This document shows, one piece after another, positions 1-9,381 of a stretch of DNA of 32,000 nucleotides. This DNA comes from Crocinitomix sp. Its GTDB lineage: Bacteria > Bacteroidota > Bacteroidia > Flavobacteriales_D > Crocinitomicaceae. Both the position numbers and the translations under genes were made by a program. The notes below the pieces were generated by a model, which was given only the letters and a program-made list of their open reading frames with translations, did not search any database and had not been told where the DNA came from. The DNA lies in assembly GCA_047623705.1 (NCBI GenBank), contig JBLHOW010000002.1:30991-62990 (forward strand). Direction: 5' to 3'. Within the stretch, counting starts at the first letter, position 1. The number at the start of each line of letters is the position of its first letter.

Positions 1-1312
1 CAAAAATTGTGTTTTCAGAAATTGAGACCGCCTCACCAAATAAATCCTCAGCATTTCTATCTGCATTTACAATTTTTTGAATTTCTGACCAAACACCGTC
101 ATCATCTTTTTCAAAGACATATGCCGCACCAGCATTTGATAAGGAGTCACCAGGACTTCCATCACCTAATAATACATCTTCATGCTCGGCACCAATTACC
201 ATGTAGTTATCGTCAATTGCCACGTCTCGTCCAAAGTGATCTCCAGCAGTTCTGTCACTTGCATCTAATTTTTGAATTTGCGACCAATCACCACCACCGT
301 CTCTTTCGAAAATATAAGCTCCTCCAGCATTCATGAGAGATGCGCCTTCTAATTCGCTTTCATCTTCAGAGTAGACACCAACAACAATTATGCTTGAATC
401 AATATCCACTGCATATCCAAATCTGTCGTATGGGTTTCGGATAGATGGTAAAAGTTTTTCAACTTCTGTCCATGTATCACCAGTTCTTTCAAAAATATAG
501 GCCGTTCCAGCATTCCAAGAATAACCTGTTCCAACTCCACCTGCACCATAATCATGCATATGTGAACCTGCAATTAAATAATCACCCCAAATGGCAACAC
601 TTCCGCCAAATAAGTCTGAAAAATCTTCATCATCTGGATCAGGTCGACCAGATGGGTAAACATGATCGTCTGCTCTGTCAGATGGAACTAGTTTTTGTGT
701 TTCTGACCAAACGCCAGCATCAAGAGTATAGGTGTAAACTGCACCAGCATGATATTCAAAATCTAATCCAGCTTCATCATATCCTTCGTTATGAGCGCCA
801 ATAATAACTGTCGTTTCATAAACATCTACAGACCATCCAAATTCAGCGTCTGCAACACGGTCAGACGCGACAATCTTTTGCATTTCTGTCCAAGTGCCAT
901 CAACTCCTCTTTCAAAGATATAAGCTGAACCTGCCTTTGCCATTGCATTGTCGTCATCAACATCATCATCTTCGCCATAAGCACCAACAACTGCATAGTC
1001 TCCATGTATGGCAACCGAATAGCCAAAACGATCATAATCGTCTTGGTCTGAATTATTTATTTTTTGTACAAACGCCCAATCTTCGATTCCTGTTTTTTCA
1101 AAGATATATGCAGAACCCATATTAGGATTGGTACCGCCAAAATCGTCACCGTAGGCACCAATAATTGCGTAATCACCAGAAATATCCAAAGAATATCCCA
1201 ATCGATCTTCTGAGTCGCGATCAAAAGCTGCAGCTTTAAATATTTCTGTAAATGATTGAGAGTATCCGATAGAACAAACTATCAATAGGCTAGTAGAAAG
1301 TAGTAGTTTCAT
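1..1312 (-). CDS. FG-GAP-like beta-propeller repeat protein, N-terminal 437 codons (C-terminus lies beyond the window start)
   Basis: Absent from the supplied ORF track because it runs off the left edge. My own reverse-complement translation from the ATG at 1312-1310 gives MKLLLSTSLLIVCSIGYSQSFTEIFKAAAFDRDSEDRLGYSLDISGDYAIIGAYGDDFGGTNPNMGSAYIFEK... and stays open to position 1. It has a signal peptide and the same DRFGxSVxIxGDYxxVGA...GSAYIFE...W.E.QK repeat as the next two genes. Confidence 0.85.
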   Translation of the reverse strand, partial: MKLLLSTSLLIVCSIGYSQSFTEIFKAAAFDRDSEDRLGYSLDISGDYAIIGAYGDDFGGTNPNMGSAYIFEKTGIEDWAFVQKINNSDQDDYDRFGYSVAIHGDYAVVGAYGEDDDVDDDNAMAKAGSAYIFERGVDGTWTEMQKIVASDRVADAEFGWSVDVYETTVIIGAHNEGYDEAGLDFEYHAGAVYTYTLDAGVWSETQKLVPSDRADDHVYPSGRPDPDDEDFSDLFGGSVAIWGDYLIAGSHMHDYGAGGVGTGYSWNAGTAYIFERTGDTWTEVEKLLPSIRNPYDRFGYAVDIDSSIIVVGVYSEDESELEGASLMNAGGAYIFERDGGGDWSQIQKLDASDRTAGDHFGRDVAIDDNYMVIGAEHEDVLLGDGSPGDSLSNAGAAYVFEKDDDGVWSEIQKIVNADRNAEDLFGEAVSISENTIF

Positions 1313-1414
1313 TTAAGTTGTATTAAACTTGCTACGCCTTTAGACTTAAAATATATTCGGTTTAAACACGTAGCTTACGTGGTTTAATCCGCAAATATAG
1401 TTAAGTAGGAAGTA

Positions 1415-1461
1415 AGAAAAAATTATTTAATCGATTTAAACAGTTGTTTCACCGATTAAAT
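1415..1461 (-). terminator. candidate rho-independent terminator after the 1466-3604 gene
   Basis: 9-bp perfect inverted repeat ATTTAATCG (1425-1433) / CGATTAAAT (1453-1461), starting 5 nt past the stop. On the minus strand it is followed 2 nt later by TTTTTT. The stem is AT-rich and the loop is long (19 nt), so it is weak. Confidence 0.4.
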
Positions 1462-1465
1462 GAGA

Positions 1466-3604
1466 CTATTTCACAGTTATTTTTTCAATTTTAGATCCAT
1501 TCTCTCCCGTTATTCTTAATAAATAAATTCCAGAAGATTGGTTTGTGATAGAAACAGCATGCGAATTTGAAGTAGCAGTTGTTTCATATACGATTGCACC
1601 AATTGAATTATAGATTCGAATTTCAGTACCAATAAGTAAATCGCCATTGATTACGAAGTTTCCGTTACTAGGATTTGGATAGATCGTTATAGATGCGCCA
1701 AATACAGATTCCTCAAACCCAATGCCTGGATCATCTTCAATAACAACTGTATAACAGTCAGATGTATCAGCACAATCACCGTCTGTAATAATTACAGCAT
1801 AGTCACCACTTTCTGTTGCAATAAATGCTTGCGAAGTTGCGCCATCTATTATCTCAAAAGGATCACAAGTAATCCACTGGTAGTCCATATCGTCCTCAAG
1901 AGCCTCTAAAAGTGTTTCGTCTACATCAACATCCGTATAGATTGGTTCAGCAACTTCTAAATAGGTAAATACAATACTATCACAGCCGTCTACAGATTCG
2001 AATATATCTAAATAAGATCCTGTTTCATCATAAGTCATATCACCAACGGTGATTGATTCCCCATCACAGACAAAGAATTCTTGTTCCGTCTCAATTTCTT
2101 CCGTAACGTCTAAAATTGTTGTGACAACACTATCGCAACCTAAATCCGTCGTTATAACATCAGTATAAACTCCTGTTTCATCATAAACACTTCCGCCAAC
2201 CACAATTTCTTCGCCTGCACAAATGTCTATTTCTTGAGTGTAAAATACATCTTCACAATCTGGATCACCGCCGCCGCCATCAAGGTTAGTGTAGAAGTAA
2301 GCCGCACCGGCATCCTCTAAATAAGAACCACCATCAGCTTCTTCGTCTTGTTGAAACGCTCCTGCAATTATTGTGCTTTCAGAAATCGCAATACTTATGC
2401 CTAATTCATCATCCTCTGAACGATCAGAAGCATCTAATTTGATTAATTCATCATAGGTTCCATCATCCTGTAATTCGAAAATATAAACTGATCCTGTATT
2501 TTCAATTTCTGCACCACCATCTTCATCATGATTGTCTGAATGTGCGCCAACAACAATATAATCTCCATCAATACCTACACTAATTCCGAAATGATCACCA
2601 GCATCACGGTCTCCCGGAGAAAGTCTTTGAATATAACTCCAAGTACCACCAGTTCTTCTAAAGACGGCTGCTCCGCCTGAATTTAAAATTGATTCTTCCA
2701 TGTCAGCATTTAAATCTTCTGTTTGAGCTCCAAGAACTATAGTCGTTGAATCAATGTCAACTGGCGCCGCACGATCTAGCCACGAAATTCCAGGGTAAGT
2801 CAAAAATGAAACTTCTGTCCAAACATCTCCTATTCTCTCAAATGCGTATGCTTTTGAAGCAAATGGGCCACCAACTACTAAATAATCATTCCAGATTGAT
2901 ACTGATTCTCCAAAACGATCATTCCAATCTTCATGGTCAGGCGCAAAAACAGTTCCAGGGCTTCTGTCAGAAGCTACAATTTTTTGAGTTTGTGTCCAAG
3001 ATCCATCAATTTCTCTATCAAATATATAAGCCGATCCTGCATGATAAAATGAACCCATACCAAAAGCGTTTTTATCGTCAAGATGTGCGCCAACAATAGC
3101 GGTTGTGCCATGAATTGAAACTGACCATCCAAATTCATCATCCGCAGCTCTATCTGCAGCAATTAATTTTTGAACTTCGTCGAAAACACCATCATCACCT
3201 CTTTCAAAGATATAAGCTGAACCTGCTTTGGATAAGGAAGCACCGTCATCAGTATCATGATCTTCACCATAGGCACCAACGATAATGAAATCACCGCTGA
3301 TTTCAACATCCCAACCAAAACGGTCATAATCGTCTTGATCTGAATTGGATAATTTTTGAATTTGAATCCATTCACCACCGATTCTTTCATAAACATAAGC
3401 AGATCCCATATTAGGATTGGTAGCGCCATAATCATCCGCATAAGCACCGACAATGGCAAAATCACCTTCAATATCGCATGACCAACCTAGTCGGTCTTCT
3501 GTATCGCGGTCATCAGCGACAACCATCATTAATTCTTCGAAATCTTGTGCTACAGCACCTAATGAAAGTAGGAGCGATACTGTGCAAATAATGTTTTTAA
3601 TCAT
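1466..3604 (-). CDS. FG-GAP-like propeller repeat protein with Cys-bounded modules and T9SS C-terminal sorting domain (712 aa)
   Basis: ATG at 3604; signal peptide MIKNIICTVSLLLSLGAVAQ. About 8 copies of D(R/E)FGWSVxIxGDxxxVGA...GSAYIFER..dG.W.EvQKL blades (FG-GAP/integrin-alpha-type pattern). C-terminus ITIYPNPSNGNFVI...SGIYLLRI...KITVK fits the T9SS type-A CTD (TIGR04183-like) pattern. Confidence 0.9.
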   Translation of the reverse strand: MIKNIICTVSLLLSLGAVAQDFEELMMVVADDRDTEDRLGWSCDIEGDFAIVGAYADDYGATNPNMGSAYVYERIGGEWIQIQKLSNSDQDDYDRFGWDVEISGDFIIVGAYGEDHDTDDGASLSKAGSAYIFERGDDGVFDEVQKLIAADRAADDEFGWSVSIHGTTAIVGAHLDDKNAFGMGSFYHAGSAYIFDREIDGSWTQTQKIVASDRSPGTVFAPDHEDWNDRFGESVSIWNDYLVVGGPFASKAYAFERIGDVWTEVSFLTYPGISWLDRAAPVDIDSTTIVLGAQTEDLNADMEESILNSGGAAVFRRTGGTWSYIQRLSPGDRDAGDHFGISVGIDGDYIVVGAHSDNHDEDGGAEIENTGSVYIFELQDDGTYDELIKLDASDRSEDDELGISIAISESTIIAGAFQQDEEADGGSYLEDAGAAYFYTNLDGGGGDPDCEDVFYTQEIDICAGEEIVVGGSVYDETGVYTDVITTDLGCDSVVTTILDVTEEIETEQEFFVCDGESITVGDMTYDETGSYLDIFESVDGCDSIVFTYLEVAEPIYTDVDVDETLLEALEDDMDYQWITCDPFEIIDGATSQAFIATESGDYAVIITDGDCADTSDCYTVVIEDDPGIGFEESVFGASITIYPNPSNGNFVINGDLLIGTEIRIYNSIGAIVYETTATSNSHAVSITNQSSGIYLLRITGENGSKIEKITVK
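1952..2221 (-). repeat. two tandem copies of a ~51-aa Cys-bounded module inside the FG-GAP gene
   Basis: CAGEEIVVGGSVYDETGVYTDVITTDLGCDSVVTTILDV... followed by CDGESITVGDMTYDETGSYLDIFESVDGCDSIVFTYLEV. Shared pattern: C.G....VG..Y.E.G.Y.D......GCDS.V.T.L.V. Confidence 0.8.
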
Positions 3605-3660
3605 AATAGTAGAGTTGCGGTTAAACTAATTTCCTTCGTTAAGTGAAGGTTTCTTTATTT

Positions 3661-5976
3661 TTATTGGATGACTAGTCTAAATGAATGGACGGAATCATCT
3701 CCAACAATACTTAAAACGTAAACGCCCGTTGGTAGGTTGTTTAAATTAAAAGAATTTGTGGTTTTTTTAAGTAGAAATTCGTGAACAACTTCGCCCAGTG
3801 GGTTGAATATAACACCAGCGTATTGGGAGGGATTAGGATGTTCGTAGGATATTGTAAAGTTTCCATTTGATGGATTAGGGTAGATTTTAAAGTTTTCATC
3901 CGCCGTGTATATTGGGTTAGAAAGAAGGTCAACATAGAGACAAGAGGAAGTGTCTGAACAAGCGTCCTCTGTTACAATAACTGCATATTGCCCAATAGCT
4001 GGGGCGACGTAAATTTGTTCTGTAGCACCGGCTATTTCAACATACGGACTGCATTTGATCCATTGATAAATGGCATCATCTGACCCTGCTGTTAATGTAT
4101 TTAAGCTTTGACTTACTGAATTATCTACAGGTAATTGTACCATCAAATTTGTTGTGATTGTGCAATCGCATAAAGCCCACGAGGTAACGACATCTGTGTA
4201 GACACCCGCCGCATCATAGGTTGATGCACCAATCGTATATGTTTCACCCCAACAAATTGTTACATCTTGCGTAACAGCGTTTTCTGGACTAACAGTTAAA
4301 TTTGTTGTAATCAAACTATCACATCCATCATCTGATGAAACTGCGTCAACATAGGTGCCAGGTTCAGTATATGAAGAACCACCAATTTCATATGAATATC
4401 CAAAACAAATAGAAATTTCTTGAGACGCACTAGGTGCGGGAGTGATGGTTAGGTTTGTTGTAACAGTGCTATCGCAGCCACTTTCAGAAAATATAACATC
4501 TGTATAAGTACCTGTCTCGCCATGCGTGTAAGGACCTACTTCAACAACTTGACCTTCACACAATGTTAAGGTTTGGCTGCTAAAACTTGGTGTACATTCT
4601 TCTTGACTATAAAAATAAGCAGCACCAGCATCATTAATATCTGTTGCACCTGTCTCGTCGAAATCTTGTTGGTAAGCACCCAATATGATTCCCTGACCAG
4701 ATATTGCGACACTTACACCTAATTCATCATCATCTTGTCGATCAGAAGCATCTATTTTATTAATTTCTATCCACATATCGCTATCGCTATCATATACAAA
4801 AGCATAGGCCGCGCCGGCGTTATCTAAGGCGCTTTCATCATCCTCGTCTCCATTAGTTTCAAGCGCGCCTGCTACTAATGTTTCGCCATCTAAATAAATA
4901 TCCCACCCAAAACGATCTCCAGGACTACGATCACTTGCGACAATTTTTTGCATTTGAGACCAGGTTCCACCTCCGTCTCGTTCAAAAACATAGGCCGATC
5001 CAGCATTTGCCATAGTTGTTGCACCGCCCGCATTTTGATCTTCACTATAGGCACTGACAACTGCAAAATCACCGTCAATACTTACTGAGAATCCAAAACG
5101 ATCTTCTGACGCACGGTCCGAATTATCTAATTTAGCGACTTCAGACCAAGTTGGGCCTGAAAGCTCAAAAATGTATGCTGCACCGGCTTCATTCAATGGG
5201 GCACCATCAAATTCATCAAAATCACTGTGATGTGCTCCAACAATTATACGATCGCCAGAAATTGAAACAGAACCGCCAAATAAGTCTGAAAGTTCATCAC
5301 CTCCGCCTCCGTCAGGAAAATCAATATCTGGTGCACGTCCTGATCCTACAATTTTTTGTATTTCTGTCCAAGTGCCATCTCCTTCACGATCGAAAATATA
5401 GGCAGAGCCAGCATTGTAAATATATGCACCGCCGCCTGCGTCATGATCTTCAAAATGTGAACCAACTACGAGTGTTGTTCCTGAAATATCAACAGACCAT
5501 CCAAATTCATCTCCTGCAGCGCGATCACTTGCAACAATCTTTTGAACTTCATCCCAAACTCCATCTCCACCGCGTTCAAAAATATAGGCAGAGCCAGCTT
5601 TTGATTGGTTATCTCCATCAGCTACATTATGATCCTCGGCATAAGCCCCAACAACAACATAATCTCCGTCCATTGCTACCGACCAGCCGAAACGATCATA
5701 GTCATCTTGATCGGAATTAAATATTTTTTGTACAAAAGCCCAATCAGCAATGCCTTCTTTTTCAAAAATATAAGCAGAGCCCATATTCGGATTTGCGTCA
5801 CCAAAATTATCGGCGTATGAACCGACAATTGCATAATTTCCAGAAATATCAACTGACCATCCAAATCTATCTTGGTCGTCACGGTCATCTGCAACAACTT
5901 TTATTAGTTCAGAAAAAACTTGTCCAAAGCTTAGGCCTGTTATTGAAATTGTAAGAAGTAGAATTAAATATTTCAT
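3661..5976 (-). CDS. FG-GAP-like propeller repeat protein with Cys-bounded modules and T9SS C-terminal sorting domain (771 aa)
   Basis: ATG at 5976; signal peptide MKYLILLLTISITGLSFGQ. Repeated DRFGWSVDISG.YAIVG...GSAYIFE blades. C-terminus FKIYPNPSNGNFTIS...TGVYVLSIV...FRLVIQ fits the T9SS CTD. Paralogue of the 1-1312 and 1466-3604 genes. Confidence 0.9.
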   Translation of the reverse strand: MKYLILLLTISITGLSFGQVFSELIKVVADDRDDQDRFGWSVDISGNYAIVGSYADNFGDANPNMGSAYIFEKEGIADWAFVQKIFNSDQDDYDRFGWSVAMDGDYVVVGAYAEDHNVADGDNQSKAGSAYIFERGGDGVWDEVQKIVASDRAAGDEFGWSVDISGTTLVVGSHFEDHDAGGGAYIYNAGSAYIFDREGDGTWTEIQKIVGSGRAPDIDFPDGGGGDELSDLFGGSVSISGDRIIVGAHHSDFDEFDGAPLNEAGAAYIFELSGPTWSEVAKLDNSDRASEDRFGFSVSIDGDFAVVSAYSEDQNAGGATTMANAGSAYVFERDGGGTWSQMQKIVASDRSPGDRFGWDIYLDGETLVAGALETNGDEDDESALDNAGAAYAFVYDSDSDMWIEINKIDASDRQDDDELGVSVAISGQGIILGAYQQDFDETGATDINDAGAAYFYSQEECTPSFSSQTLTLCEGQVVEVGPYTHGETGTYTDVIFSESGCDSTVTTNLTITPAPSASQEISICFGYSYEIGGSSYTEPGTYVDAVSSDDGCDSLITTNLTVSPENAVTQDVTICWGETYTIGASTYDAAGVYTDVVTSWALCDCTITTNLMVQLPVDNSVSQSLNTLTAGSDDAIYQWIKCSPYVEIAGATEQIYVAPAIGQYAVIVTEDACSDTSSCLYVDLLSNPIYTADENFKIYPNPSNGNFTISYEHPNPSQYAGVIFNPLGEVVHEFLLKKTTNSFNLNNLPTGVYVLSIVGDDSVHSFRLVIQ
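4138..4560 (-). repeat. three tandem copies of the same ~51-aa Cys-bounded module
   Basis: CEGQVVEVGPYTHGETGTYTDVIFSESGCDSTVTTNLTI / CFGYSYEIGGSSYTEPGTYVDAVSSDDGCDSLITTNLTV / CWGETYTIGASTYDAAGVYTDVVTSWALCDCTITTNLMV. Copies are 51+51+39 aa, against two copies in the neighbouring paralogue. Confidence 0.8.
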
Positions 5977-5993
5977 AGTTGCAAAAGTCTAGG

Positions 5994-8612
5994 CTATTGT
6001 ACAATTATTTTTAGTGTCTCCTGGGAATCTGTTCTTATGATATAAACACCCTTTTTAAGGTCCGAAACATTAAATTGCTGCTGGTTTTTTCCAGTCATAA
6101 TTAAGGCCCCTTTTAAATCGTATAGTTTAAAATCAACAACTTTATTTAGCGTAACCAATTCACTTGCTGGATTTGGATATGCTGTTAATGGCGTTAAAAT
6201 TGTTACCGCTTCATTCAAGCCAGAAATATCATTATTGGCCAAAGGAGTAGGGTAGGTGAAACTTGAAAAAGTCTCACTGCCATTCGGATATCTTCCATAC
6301 GAATTATCAGTAGTAGTAACAGGATAACGTAGATTATCCATTTCTACTCCTTGCGGAGAGATTAAGAAAACCGTATCTATAATATTTGATAGTTTGAAGT
6401 TGACGTGATTATTCCCTTGATATGTTTCGTTGTCATGCCAGAAGATAAGGTAATCATTAGCTGGAATGATGAATTCATTTGGCAAAGCCCATTCAATTCC
6501 ATCTCTACGTAATTTGCAGCCTGATAAGTTAACAGCGTAAGCATTGGGATTGAAAAGTTCTAACCAATCATCATTTTGTCCAAAATTATCTTCTGAATAA
6601 TCTGCATTTGAAGGCATTAATTCATTGATAAGTACGGATTGATAATCATCATCTATCCCGAAGACAGCCGTATATGTAACTTCCGTAGATGGTACCCAAG
6701 AAATGGTGTCATTTGTTTCACCTGTCTCCATCCATTCAATAAATCGATACCCAGGTAAAGGCACAGCGATTAATGGTACCGCAACTGTGTTAATATAAAT
6801 CCCCGTCCAAGGGTAAATTCCGACTTCTACACCAGGTAAATTATTGTTAATCAATATTGAGTTCACTTTTACGCGTCCCATATTAACATCATTCACATCA
6901 ATAGTAACAGTGGTGGTATCATCTGGATATTCCCACTTTTCCATCATATGTTCACGCACTTTTCTTCCACGACGTTCAGCAAATAAATGCAATAAATCCC
7001 ATAATTCATTCCAACGACCAATACTTGGTGCTTCTTCATAGCGGTCTTCTAAATTTGATGCAAATGAAGGATAACGCCATCTTTCCGCGTTTTCAAATAT
7101 TTCTGGTGTTGTCATGGCATACATAGAATCCATTTTTGCATCCATTACTTCCGTTCGGAACCAAGAATTGGCTAAATCGTTCATACGATTGACGTATTTA
7201 ATTTTGAATTCATCACTGCCCAACATTCCTCTAAAAAATCTTGAATAAGAAGAGAAATCTCCACCTATAATCGTAGCGGCAGCAAGTGTGTTTACCGTAT
7301 AATGTGCATTAGCACAAGAGCCTCCAAAGGCACCATCTAAATCGTAAATAGCCCATCTAAACTTCCCGTCATGTCCTGCAGGTTTTGAAGGATCAAAGTC
7401 TCCATTCTTTCTCCAAATATTTACATTAGAATAAACCCAATCTTCATTACTTAAGAAAATCTCAGAAGCCATATAGTCAATATAATTGTCTACATCCATA
7501 CGATCTAAAACATAAGCATAGCTCGTTGGATCATTCATGTCATTGACATCAACAAAGCCTTCTAAATTTTTCATTTTCGCACTATCGGCTTCATGCCCAT
7601 TACCTTGAATATCATATTCCTGATCCAACATGGTAATATCATTGTCATCAATTCCATAAAGGTTTTGAATAAAATAACTGTCCATTCTCTCTTTTATAGA
7701 ATGAATTCCCCAATATTCTCCGTTAATAAATACGATTACATGCCTGAAATGCTGTTGTTCAACATTAACGCCTTTGGTCAACATATTCCCTAAGTCATCA
7801 CGTGGAAAACAATCTGGACGGTGACCGCCAGCTTTTAGTAGGATACGTTTGTATTTGTCAATTTCAGTATCTTCAAAAAACGGATATTTAAAGTTCTTTA
7901 TAGTATCCGTTTCACCATAAATTCGAAATGATTTCTTAGGTGCATGTCTACTTCCACCTCCATGAATTCTTGTTCTTGAATCTTGCGAAATAGCAATCTC
8001 ACCATTTTTGTCAATATACTCGAAGCTCATCATCTTTTCCCAGTCCGCTCCCTTTTGCTCGTAATTGCCATCTTCATGGTCGCCATAGACGTAGAAACCT
8101 CTAGCATTCGAAAATATATGTTCAAAATCCATTGCAATTGAAACAATTGGCATTGTATAGAGATCTGTTCCACTCGGATCAATTAAGAAAGTTTGAGTTA
8201 AAGTTGGACTTGGTGCAAAACCAGGTTTAAAAGCTTTGTAACGAATCACATTTGCTTTATATCCGTCAGTATAAGGAGGAACCCAGCCTCTGCTGCTAGC
8301 TCTGCCAGCACTATATGTCCCGTAGGGGTATGTTAAATTCGGGTTAGTGGGGATTAACGAAAACACATCTGGTCCGTCACCAATGTTATCCATTGTTATG
8401 GGACCAGTATAAAGATGGTCAGAAACCGTTGGATCATCTCCATTTAAAGTATAAAAAATGGATACTCCAGCTTCGATATGGGATAATTCTAAATTAACTG
8501 CACTCGTATAAACTCCAGCTTCAATACTGGGAGTTGGTGGTGCAAGTACCTGTGCCATGAGGGAAAAATTGGCGCAAATAAAAACGAGTAGTAAGGTGTA
8601 TTTTTTGTTCAT
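5994..8612 (-). CDS. CotH-family protein (atypical kinase fold family) with N-terminal chitobiase-C-like Ig motif, lamin-tail domain and T9SS CTD
   Basis: The track start at 8618 is a TTG; the ATG two codons downstream (8612) gives MNKKYTLLLVFICANFSLMAQ (signal peptide). FYTLNGDDPT motif resembles the chitobiase/hexosaminidase C-terminal domain. Central HGGGSRHAPKKSFRIY, GEYWGIHSIKERMD and AIYDLDGAFG resemble CotH (PF08757-type). INELMPSN...NDDWLELFNPN resembles LTD. The end AYPNPASELVTL...GVYIIRT...KIIVQ fits the T9SS CTD. Confidence 0.8.
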   Translation of the reverse strand: MNKKYTLLLVFICANFSLMAQVLAPPTPSIEAGVYTSAVNLELSHIEAGVSIFYTLNGDDPTVSDHLYTGPITMDNIGDGPDVFSLIPTNPNLTYPYGTYSAGRASSRGWVPPYTDGYKANVIRYKAFKPGFAPSPTLTQTFLIDPSGTDLYTMPIVSIAMDFEHIFSNARGFYVYGDHEDGNYEQKGADWEKMMSFEYIDKNGEIAISQDSRTRIHGGGSRHAPKKSFRIYGETDTIKNFKYPFFEDTEIDKYKRILLKAGGHRPDCFPRDDLGNMLTKGVNVEQQHFRHVIVFINGEYWGIHSIKERMDSYFIQNLYGIDDNDITMLDQEYDIQGNGHEADSAKMKNLEGFVDVNDMNDPTSYAYVLDRMDVDNYIDYMASEIFLSNEDWVYSNVNIWRKNGDFDPSKPAGHDGKFRWAIYDLDGAFGGSCANAHYTVNTLAAATIIGGDFSSYSRFFRGMLGSDEFKIKYVNRMNDLANSWFRTEVMDAKMDSMYAMTTPEIFENAERWRYPSFASNLEDRYEEAPSIGRWNELWDLLHLFAERRGRKVREHMMEKWEYPDDTTTVTIDVNDVNMGRVKVNSILINNNLPGVEVGIYPWTGIYINTVAVPLIAVPLPGYRFIEWMETGETNDTISWVPSTEVTYTAVFGIDDDYQSVLINELMPSNADYSEDNFGQNDDWLELFNPNAYAVNLSGCKLRRDGIEWALPNEFIIPANDYLIFWHDNETYQGNNHVNFKLSNIIDTVFLISPQGVEMDNLRYPVTTTDNSYGRYPNGSETFSSFTYPTPLANNDISGLNEAVTILTPLTAYPNPASELVTLNKVVDFKLYDLKGALIMTGKNQQQFNVSDLKKGVYIIRTDSQETLKIIVQ

Positions 8613-8619
8613 AATCAAA

Positions 8620-9381
8620 TTAATTCATGTTCCTAAGTGAATAGAATAGTTCATTTTTCATCAATGATTTGATGTCTAACAAGAAGTTGGTGTCTTCCTC
8701 TATTCTATTACCAATTACAACTAAATCGGCACCAGCCCCCAAGGCGGTCTTTATATCTTCAATGGTTTTTAACCCCCCGCCGATAATTAATGGGATACTA
8801 ATATTTTTCTTTACAGCAGCAATCATCTCTCCGCTTACAGGCTTATCTGCTCCACTACCAGCATCCATAAAAAGTGCTTTTAATCCTAACATTTCGCCTG
8901 CAATCGCAGTCTTTACCGCTATTGTTATTTGATCTGCCGGAATAGGTGTGGTTTGGCTAACATATGAAACCGACGAAGTTTTGCCGCCATCTACTAATAA
9001 ATAACCAGTGGGGATTACTTCGAGATCCATTTTTTTTATCAAATGTGCCGATTCAATCTGGTGACCAATTAAAAAATCTGGATTCCTTCCAGAGATAAGT
9101 GTTAAAAATAATATTCCGTCTGCTTTAGCACTAATTTGTTGCGACGAGCCAGGGAATAGAATAACCGGTATATCACATTTAGCCTTGATGGCTGAAACAC
9201 AATTCTCGAAATCTACTGGATCTACCGTACTTCCACCAACAAATATAATTGCCGATTCGAGTGCTTCAATTTTTTTAATTAACGGATCTATATCTATAGC
9301 CGTATTAACCTTATCAGGGTCAACAAGAATTGCAATTTTCTTGTCATCACGTTTCAATATTTCATCCAAGGACAATTTCAT
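8620..9381 (-). CDS. geranylgeranylglyceryl/heptaprenylglyceryl phosphate synthase family protein (PcrB/GGGPS)
   Basis: 253 aa with no signal peptide. IIFVGGSTV, LFPGSS and C-terminal PLIIGGGLKT...GAGADLVVIGN phosphate-binding motifs are typical of the PcrB/GGGPS TIM-barrel family. Its ATG overlaps the upstream stop (TAATG at 9379-9383), and its stop lies 7 nt before the CotH ATG. Confidence 0.8.
   Translation of the reverse strand: MKLSLDEILKRDDKKIAILVDPDKVNTAIDIDPLIKKIEALESAIIFVGGSTVDPVDFENCVSAIKAKCDIPVILFPGSSQQISAKADGILFLTLISGRNPDFLIGHQIESAHLIKKMDLEVIPTGYLLVDGGKTSSVSYVSQTTPIPADQITIAVKTAIAGEMLGLKALFMDAGSGADKPVSGEMIAAVKKNISIPLIIGGGLKTIEDIKTALGAGADLVVIGNRIEEDTNFLLDIKSLMKNELFYSLRNMN

Noticed and set aside
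7-1125. Plus- and minus-strand ORFs of 61-119 aa listed in the track (7-336, 445-804, 937-1125, 388-573, 826-1035)
   Set aside because: They lie antisense to, or out of frame with, the unlisted partial FG-GAP gene (1-1312, minus). Their His/Gln/Leu-rich products are the typical mirror translation of GAT/GGT/GAA-rich repeat codons.
2746-5897. Long antisense or off-frame ORFs inside the FG-GAP genes (e.g. 2746-3099 +, 3163-3471 -, 5151-5720 + at 189 aa, 5605-5820 +)
   Set aside because: They are low-complexity H/Q/L-rich translations fully nested in strongly supported repeat-protein genes, with no start context or motifs of their own.
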